From: a virus | Taxonomy: Duplodnaviria > Heunggongvirae > Uroviricota > Caudoviricetes | Virus record (IMG/VR): IMGVR_UViG_2695420487_000019 | DNA length: 5,898 nucleotides | Direction: 5' to 3' (one strand) | In this document: one piece after another, positions 1-5,898 of the stretch | How the letters are laid out: the number at the start of each line of letters is the position of its first letter | Position numbering within the stretch: the first letter of the stretch is position 1 | The notes under the pieces: generated by a model | Told to the model about the DNA's origin: nothing | Database searches by the model: none | The model's input: the letters and a program-made list of their open reading frames with translations, nothing else | Translations under genes and position numbers: made by a program

Positions 1-316
1 TATAATAAACTTACTTTTTTATCATTTTTCCACTTTAACAACATTTTGCTCCACTTTTCCACGACCAAACAACTTGAAATCTGGTTAAAATAACACGCAA
101 CACTATTCTTCTTCCTTGAGTCCGCCCGGAACTCGAAAAACAAACCGAGTTAAAGCCATTTTTCACAAAATCGATTTTGGGTCTCACCAAAGTTACGGGG
201 TTGCATACGCATTCGTTTATTTTCGAACGTGTACATACAAATATGCACAAAAATAATCAAAATTATTTTCTGAGATGCATTATGATATGAAAACCAATTT
301 CGTATAGAGTCTCACT

Positions 317-907
317 ATGTCTCGAATTTTTGCTTACTGTCGGATATCAACGCTGGATCAGACCACCGAAAATCAACGCCGGGAAATCGAAAGTGCAGGT
401 TTTAAAATCAAACCTCAGCAAATAATCGAAGAACACATTAGCGGCTCAGCAGCAACCAGTGAGCGTCCTGGTTTTAACCGGTTGCTTGCTCGCCTGAAAT
501 GTGGTGATCAATTGATTGTGACAAAACTGGATCGCCTTGGTTGTAATGCAATGGATATCAGGAAAACAGTGGAACAACTGACCGAAACAGGTATCAGAGT
601 GCATTGCTTAGCATTGGGGGGCATTGACCTGACCAGTCCAACAGGAAAAATGATGATGCACGTAATTTCAGCAGTCGCTGAATTTGAACGAGACCTTTTA
701 CTTGAACGCACTCATTCCGGGATAGTAAGAGCCCGCGGCGCAGGGAAACGTTTTGGTCGACCACCTGTGTTAAATGAAGAACAGAAACAGGTGGTATTCG
801 AACGAATTAAGTCAGGTGTAAGTATAAGTGCCATTGCCCGGGAATTCAAAACCTCGCGGCAAACCATTTTAAGAGCCAAAGCAAAACTTCAGACACCTGA
901 CATATAA
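317..907 (+). CDS. pinQ: Serine recombinase, DNA invertase of the Pin/Gin/Cin/Hin family (196 aa)
   Basis: Intact ORF, ATG at 317 and TAA at 905-907. N-terminus [15 protein letters not shown] has the resolvase/invertase catalytic motif (Y-x-R-I-S-T-x-x-Q, presumptive nucleophile Ser11). C-terminus [21 protein letters not shown] is a helix-turn-helix. The protein matches PinQ/PinR of the K-12 Qin/Rac prophages from memory. Symbol chosen from locus context (noh-cos, ynfO, ydfO, gnsB neighbours); pinR-type cannot be excluded without a search. Confidence 0.9.
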   Translation: MSRIFAYCRISTLDQTTENQRREIESAGFKIKPQQIIEEHISGSAATSERPGFNRLLARLKCGDQLIVTKLDRLGCNAMDIRKTVEQLTETGIRVHCLALGGIDLTSPTGKMMMHVISAVAEFERDLLLERTHSGIVRARGAGKRFGRPPVLNEEQKQVVFERIKSGVSISAIAREFKTSRQTILRAKAKLQTPDI

Positions 908-1004
908 AAAATAATCTCGGTGTGAGATGCTTTACGTCTTCCAAGCCCCCTTCCTTGCCGTAAATGGAGAGATACATCTAATTATAGAATTTATATGTTT
1001 TACC

Positions 1005-1580
1005 CTACGGCAGTGCTGGCCATTCAATATCCGGTGCAGTTGATGTATCAACACGGTTCAGCAACACCCGATACTTTTTCCAGGCTTCCAGCAACAAGGT
1101 TTCTTCCTCCGTTGCGATCTCCAGATCCACAGCATCCTGAAGCGGCGCTATATGCTCACTGGCTATCTGCATCAGGCTGTTTTTTGTTTCTTCCGCCTCC
1201 CGGATCCGGAACAGTTTTTCTGCTTCCGTATCCTTCACCCAGGCTGTGCCGTTCCACTTCTGATATTCCCCTCCCGGCGATAACCAGGTAACATTTTCCG
1301 GTAACGGACCGAGTTCAGAAATAAATAACGCGTCGCCGGAAGCCACGTCATAAACCGTTTTACCCCGATGATCTTCAACGAGATGCCACGATGCCTCATC
1401 ACTGTTGAAAACAGCCACGAAGCCTGCCGGAATATCTGGCGGTGCAATATCGGTACTGTTTGCTGGCAGACCTGTATGAGGCGGAATATATGCGTCACCT
1501 TCACCAATAAATTCATTAGTTCCGGCCAGCAGATTATAAATTTTTATGGTCCGTGGTTGTTCACTCATTCTGAATGCCAT
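1005..1580 (-). CDS. tfaQ: Tail fibre assembly protein (Tfa, 191 aa)
   Basis: Intact minus-strand ORF beginning [24 protein letters not shown], the N-terminus I recall for lambdoid Tfa chaperones (TfaQ/TfaR/TfaE). Its start codon overlaps the stop of the upstream fibre-tip ORF in a TAATG arrangement at 1578-1582, indicating translational coupling. Convergent with pin. Confidence 0.85.
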   Translation of the reverse strand: MAFRMSEQPRTIKIYNLLAGTNEFIGEGDAYIPPHTGLPANSTDIAPPDIPAGFVAVFNSDEASWHLVEDHRGKTVYDVASGDALFISELGPLPENVTWLSPGGEYQKWNGTAWVKDTEAEKLFRIREAEETKNSLMQIASEHIAPLQDAVDLEIATEEETLLLEAWKKYRVLLNRVDTSTAPDIEWPALP

Positions 1581-1888
1581 TACGCAAGCCTCACAATATA
1601 GTTAAATGCGATGTTTTTGACGGTGTTTTCCGCGTTACCAGCAGCGTTAACGGTGATGGTATGTCCATGTGAACCAATCGCAACGGAGTGCGTATGAGCA
1701 CCAATACCGACAGTATGTGCGTGTGCACCTGCGCTTGCAGCAGTACCCGATACAGAGTGCGTATGAGCGCCTGCAGAAGAAGTGTTAACACTGTATTTAG
1801 AATAATCAGGTGATCCACTTCCCGGAGCACCACTGGAACCACCTGAAACAAATGTCATCGAATGGGTATGTGCACCGGCTGTCCCCAT
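1580..1888 (-). pseudogene. stfQ: Side tail fibre C-terminal tip fragment with repeated His-x-His motifs, joined out of frame to the upstream J-like fragment
   Basis: Translation carries five HxH units (GAHTHS three times, GAHAHT once, SHGHT once), as in the iron-coordinating distal tip of T4 gp37-type fibres. The frame is open upstream to 1984 but that stretch overlaps real J-frame coding sequence, so the Met at 1888 is not a natural start. The position between J and tfa matches lambda stf. The symbol follows locus context and is uncertain. Confidence 0.65.
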
Positions 1889-3135
1889 GCATTTACCGCC
1901 CGGACTGTCAGCCTGTAATTTCCCAGCGCCAGCTGCGTGAAGCGATATGTGGTTTCCGTCGTCCGGGCCGTGCTGACCAACCGCTCACTGCCGTCGTCCG
2001 CTGCCACGGTCAGGCGAAGCATAAAGCTCACCCCCTTCACCACCTTCGGCGTGTCCCAGCGCGCCAGCACCTGGTATTCCCCGCTGTCTGCGGTGACTTC
2101 TGCGGTCAGGTGCTGAACTGCTGGCGGCGTGACACCATTCACCGTGCCGCTCTGGTCACCGTCAAAGTGCGCCCCGTTATCCACGATGGCTTCTTTCTCC
2201 GGTACATGCTGCACGGCAGTGATGGCATACGTACCGTCATCGTTCTCACGGATACTCACACAGCGGAACAGGCGCTGACGCAGCGTCGGCAGCTTCAGCC
2301 CCCACACGCTGTACTCGGCAACGCCGTCAGGAACCCGGCTCACTTTCACCTTCACGCCGTCGGTGACGGACTGGACCTCCACGCTCACCGGATTACCCTG
2401 CCCGTCAACCAGGCTTATCAGCGTGGTGCCGGAGGATGGCAGCGTGATTTCACGGTCGAGCGTCAGTGTCCGCGTCTGGCTGTTCACCGCCAGCACGCGC
2501 CCGCCGATGCTGATCCCCGCATAGTCATCATCACAGATTTCAATGACATCACCTGGTACATGGCGAAGCCCTTCGGCACCCACGCTGAAGTCCACGGTCT
2601 GCGTTTCCAGCAGTTCCGTTTTAATCAGCCACAGCCCGGCTCGGTGCGCCTGCCCCCGCCTGGTACAGCCAAAGGCATCCATCTTCGTGACGTTACGACC
2701 GTAACGGGCAATGGCCTGCGTGTCCTCCACAAGCTCTGTCGCCGTCTCCCAGCCGTTATCCGGGTCAATCCAGTTCACCTCAACGGCATTATGGCGGTCC
2801 TTCAGGGCGCTGAAGCTGTAGCGGAACGGCGCGCCATCATCCGGCATCACCACATTACTGCGGTTATAGGTCCACACCTTATCTGATGGTCGGTCCTGCA
2901 CGAACGTCAGCGTCTGCCCGTTCCATACCGGCATACAGCGCATCGCCGAGCAGAAATCACTGAGAACATCCCACGCCTTACGCTGTGTGGTCAGCCAGGC
3001 ATTACAGGTGATGCGCGGCTCCGTGCCGCCAAAACCGTCCGGCACCGACTGGTCGCAACACTGGCCGATGACATACAGCGCCCATTTATCCACATCTGCC
3101 GCACCAAGACGTTTACCCATGCCGTAGCGCGGGTG
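1855..3135 (-). pseudogene. Internal fragment of a lambda J-like tail tip / host specificity gene (about 425 codons), missing its 5' end, with the 3' receptor-binding part replaced out of frame by the fibre tip
   Basis: The ORF 1855..3222 translation from about residue 30 (RYGMGKRLGAADVDKWALY...) to its end (...[23 protein letters not shown]) matches the central region and fibronectin-III-like repeats of lambda gpJ as I recall it. The first 29 codons of the listed ORF lie on Nu1 DNA in another frame and are spurious. Terminates 7 codons after AWGQ, at the junction with the fibre tip. Confidence 0.8.
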
Positions 3136-3370
3136 GCTGGAGATCTGTCTCGCTGGCCTGCCGCAGTTCTTCAACTTCCCGGCGCAGCTTTTCGTTCTCA
3201 ATTTCAGCATCCCTTTCGGCATACCATTTTATGACGGCGGCAGAATCATAAAGCACCTCATTACCCTTGCCACCGCCTCGCAGAACGGGCATTCCCTGTT
3301 CCTGCCAGTTCTGAATGGTACGGATACTCGCACCGAAAATGTCAGCCAGCTGCTTTTTGTTGACTTCCAT
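3113..3370 (-). pseudogene. nohA: 5' fragment of a lambda Nu1-type terminase small subunit gene (N-terminal winged-helix cosB-binding domain, about 78 codons, then 6 foreign codons and a stop)
   Basis: Translation MEVNKKQLADIFGASIRTIQNWQEQGMPVLRGGGKGNEVLYDSAAVIKWYAERDAEIENEKLRREVEELRQASETDLQP matches lambda gpNu1 residues 1 to about 78 almost exactly (from memory), then diverges to PALRHG-stop where the J fragment begins. It sits the same distance downstream of cosN as in lambda. Confidence 0.85.
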
Positions 3371-3595
3371 TGTTCATTCCACGGACAAAAACAGAGAAAG
3401 GAAACGACAAAGGCCAAAAAGCCCGCTTTCAGCACCTGTCGTTTCCTTTCTTTTCAGGGGGTATTTTAAATAAAAACATTAAGTTACGACGAAGAAGAAC
3501 GGAAACACCTTAAACCGGAAAATTTTCATAAATAGCGAAAACCCGCGAGGTCGCCGCCCCGTAACCTGTCGGATCACCGGAAAGGACCCGTAAAG
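3371..3595 (-). other. Lambda-type cohesive end site (cosQ-cosN-cosB), apparently intact
   Basis: The reverse complement of 3371-3559 reads GGGCGGCGACCTCGCGGGTTTTCGCTATTTATGAAAATTTTCCGGTTTAAGGTGTTTCCGTTCTTCTTCGTCGTAACTT...GAAAGGAAACGACAGGTGCTGAAAGCGGGC...TGTCGTTTCCTTTCTCTGTTTTTGTCCGTGGAATGAACA, near-identical to my memory of the lambda left end with its R3, I1, R2 and R1 elements. The reverse complement of 3560-3590 (GGGTCCTTTCCGGTGATCCGACAGGTTACG) matches the lambda right end and cosQ region. Confidence 0.85.
3548..3559 (-). other. cosN 12-nt cohesive-end core (GGGCGGCGACCT on the minus strand)
   Basis: An exact match to the lambda 12-nt 5' overhang sequence is seen directly at these coordinates. 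Confidence 0.85.
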
Positions 3596-3758
3596 TGATA
3601 ATGATTATCATCTACATATCACAACGTGCGTGGAGGCCATCAAACCACGTCAAATAATCAATTATGACGCAGGTATCGTATTAATTGATCTGCATCAACT
3701 TAACGTAAAAACAACTTCAGACAATACAAATCAGCGACACTGAATACGGGGCAACCTC

Positions 3759-3992
3759 ATGTCTACGAAGAACAGAACCCGCAGAACAACAACCCGCAAC
3801 ATCCGCTTTCCTAACCAAATGATTGAACAAATTAACATCGCTCTTGAGCAAAAAGGGTCCGGGAATTTCTCAGCCTGGGTCATTGAAGCCTGCCGCCGGA
3901 GACTGTGCTCAGAAAAAAGAGTTTCTTCTGAAGCAAACAAAGAAAAGAGTGACATTACTGAATTGCTCAGAAAACAGGTCAGACCAGATTGA
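3759..3992 (+). CDS. ynfO: Small ribbon-helix-helix-like DNA-binding protein (77 aa), YnfO/YlcI-type prophage moron protein
   Basis: ORF with ATG at 3759 and TGA at 3990-3992; a G-rich stretch (GGGG) lies about 6 nt upstream of the ATG. The pattern basic arm, beta strand (NIRFP), helix (NQMIEQINIALEQKG), turn (SG), helix (NFSAWVIEACRRRL) parallels Arc/MetJ-type RHH repressors. Size and position (plus strand just past noh and cos) match ynfO of Qin as I recall it. Confidence 0.7.
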   Translation: MSTKNRTRRTTTRNIRFPNQMIEQINIALEQKGSGNFSAWVIEACRRRLCSEKRVSSEANKEKSDITELLRKQVRPD

Positions 3993-4049
3993 AGCAATTT
4001 AGATAATCGTGCAGACTACGCCCCCTCATATCACATGGAAGGTTTATCT

Positions 4050-4460
4050 ATGGATCAGGTAGTCATTTTTAAACAAATATTTGATAAAGTTCGAAACGAT
4101 TTAAACTATCAATGGTTTTATTCTGAGCTAAAACATCACAATGTCTCACATTACATTTACTATTTAGCCACAGAGAATGTTCATATTGTATTAAAAAATG
4201 ATAATACAGTGTTATTAAAGGGCCTAAAAAACATTGTGTCTGTCAAATTTTCAAAGGATAGGCATCTTATAGAAACGACCTCTAATAAGCTGAAATCCAG
4301 AGAGATCACATTTCAGGAATACAGAAGAAACCTTGCTAAAGCAGGAGTTTTTCGGTGGGTTACAAATATCCACGAACAAAAAAGATATTACTATACCTTT
4401 GATAATTCATTACTATTTACTGAAAGCATCCAGAAAACTACACAGATCTTACCACGCTAA
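4050..4460 (+). CDS. ydfO: Uncharacterised prophage protein, YdfO/YbcV-like (DUF1398-type), about 136 aa; the alternative upstream ATG at 4035 would give 141 aa
   Basis: ORF ending TAA at 4458-4460. The ATG at 4050 has a good Shine-Dalgarno sequence (GGAAGG, 4037-4042) 7 nt upstream; the ATG at 4035 has none. Markedly AT-rich (about 28% GC in a hand-counted 60-nt line, 4081-4140). Assignment to the YdfO family rests on size, position and partial sequence memory only. Confidence 0.65.
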   Translation: MDQVVIFKQIFDKVRNDLNYQWFYSELKHHNVSHYIYYLATENVHIVLKNDNTVLLKGLKNIVSVKFSKDRHLIETTSNKLKSREITFQEYRRNLAKAGVFRWVTNIHEQKRYYYTFDNSLLFTESIQKTTQILPR

Positions 4461-4469
4461 ACCATAACG

Positions 4470-4496
4470 TCCGGCTTCTCTCACTCCTGAGCCGGA
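4470..4496 (+). terminator. Possible hairpin downstream of the ydfO-like gene (7-bp stem TCCGGCT / AGCCGGA, 13-nt loop)
   Basis: Inverted repeat seen directly; followed by a T-containing stretch (TTGGTTTAAT) but not a clean U-run, so a weak terminator candidate. Confidence 0.3.
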
Positions 4497-4554
4497 CTGC
4501 ATTGGTTTAATAAAAACCATCAACAATTGTGATTTAGATATTCGGAACCATTCA

Positions 4555-4586
4555 AATATAACAAAACCCCGTAAAAACGAGGTTTA
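4555..4586 (-). terminator. Candidate rho-independent terminator downstream of the gnsB-like gene
   Basis: On the minus strand, AAACCTCGT-TTTT-ACGGGGTTT forms a 9-bp stem with one mismatch and a 4-nt loop, followed by TTTTGTTATATTT. It lies 25-55 nt past the gnsB stop (4612-4614). Confidence 0.4.
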
Positions 4587-4611
4587 TGGATAAATTTTAT
4601 TATTGAATACA

Positions 4612-4770
4612 TCAGATTAAATTAATCTTGACATCATAGCTTTCAAGACCCGTCATTTTTTCCCGTGCGGTAAACTGAATACTGGTAACTTCTTTCCCGG
4701 TCTTTTTCTTAAGTTCAATAATTTTTTTTGTTATATATTCAGAAATATCTGCTTCTGCTTTTGTTTTTAA
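4612..4770 (-). pseudogene. gnsB: GnsA/GnsB-family small protein gene, 5'-truncated by IS5 at about codon 5; the remaining 52 codons are fused in frame to 30 codons read from the IS5 end
   Basis: The C-terminal 52 residues LKTKAEADISEYITKKIIELKKKTGKEVTSIQFTAREKMTGLESYDVKINLI align without gaps to residues 6-57 of the 57-aa GnsA/GnsB proteins as I recall them (...TGKEVSEIRFTAREKMTGLESYDVKIKIM). The listed ORF 4612..4860 continues upstream across the IS5 terminus, where the codons L-F-A-P-S are encoded by the IS5 inverted repeat. Confidence 0.75.

Positions 4771-5898
<1,128 letters not shown>

Noticed and set aside
200-245. Possible tRNA-like T-arm (GTTCGAAA on the minus strand) that might mark a tRNA-derived attachment site
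   Set aside because: Only a 7-8 nt resemblance to the T-loop consensus; no acceptor stem, anticodon arm or cloverleaf can be built from the surrounding sequence.
283-312. gix/hix-like half-site (ATGAAAACCAA) immediately upstream of pin
   Set aside because: It contains AAAACC but lacks the symmetric GGTTT partner at the required 2-bp spacing, so the two-fold symmetry needed for an invertase crossover site is missing.
508-711. 67-aa minus-strand ORF inside pin
   Set aside because: Antisense to the intact invertase gene, with no independent support.
1346-1364. ATAAACCGTTTTACC palindrome inside tfa, resembling an invertase site core
   Set aside because: The spacing between AAACC and its partner is wrong (no 2-bp core), the right half does not match, and it lies inside a coding region with no paired site.
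995-1601. Three ORFs overlapping tfa (995-1291 plus, 1235-1516 minus, 1368-1601 plus)
   Set aside because: All overlap the clearly recognisable tfa gene in other frames or on the other strand; translations are low-complexity with no recognisable motifs.
1591-1851. 86-aa minus-strand ORF in an alternative frame of the fibre tip
   Set aside because: It reads the HxH repeat DNA in another frame, giving a Leu/Val-rich product. The HxH frame is the one coupled to tfa and matching fibre-tip motifs.
1810-2886. 358-aa plus-strand ORF antisense to the J fragment
   Set aside because: It lies entirely opposite a well-supported, high-GC J coding region. Its translation is Arg/His/Pro-rich and low-complexity, typical of a spurious antisense frame in GC-rich DNA, and I see no start context or homology.
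3229-3435. 68-aa minus-strand ORF spanning cosB and the 5' end of the Nu1 fragment
   Set aside because: It overlaps the conserved cos R elements and the Nu1 start in a different frame; the Nu1 frame is the one with clear lambda homology.
3731-3997. 88-aa minus-strand ORF antisense to the ynfO-like gene
   Set aside because: Fully antisense to an ORF with a ribosome binding site and a recognisable RHH signature; no support of its own.

Overview
This window reads as a piece of a defective lambdoid prophage (the gene order matches what I recall for the Qin cryptic prophage of E. coli K-12) with an IS5 insertion at its right edge; I see no convincingly novel system. Left to right: an AT-rich non-coding leader (1-316); an intact serine DNA invertase gene pin (317-907, +); convergent on the minus strand an intact tail fibre assembly gene tfa (1005-1580), translationally coupled to a side-tail-fibre tip fragment with repeated His-x-His motifs (1580-1888); a large internal fragment of a lambda J-like tail tip gene (about 1858-3135), joined out of frame to the tip at one end and to a 5' fragment of a Nu1-like small terminase gene (3113-3370) at the other; an apparently intact lambda-type cos site (about 3371-3595); a low-GC two-gene module on the plus strand, a ynfO-like ribbon-helix-helix protein (3759-3992) and a ydfO-like protein (4050-4460); and a gnsB-like gene cut at about codon 5 by an IS5 element (from 4771 to beyond the window end) carrying a complete transposase gene (4918-5898, minus). 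The least characterised part is the ynfO/ydfO pair; the most informative structural features are the cos site beside a truncated terminase, the two out-of-frame deletion junctions, and the IS5-created chimeric ORF. All homology statements come from reading the ORF translations and from memory of lambda, IS5 and K-12 prophage proteins; no database search was run.
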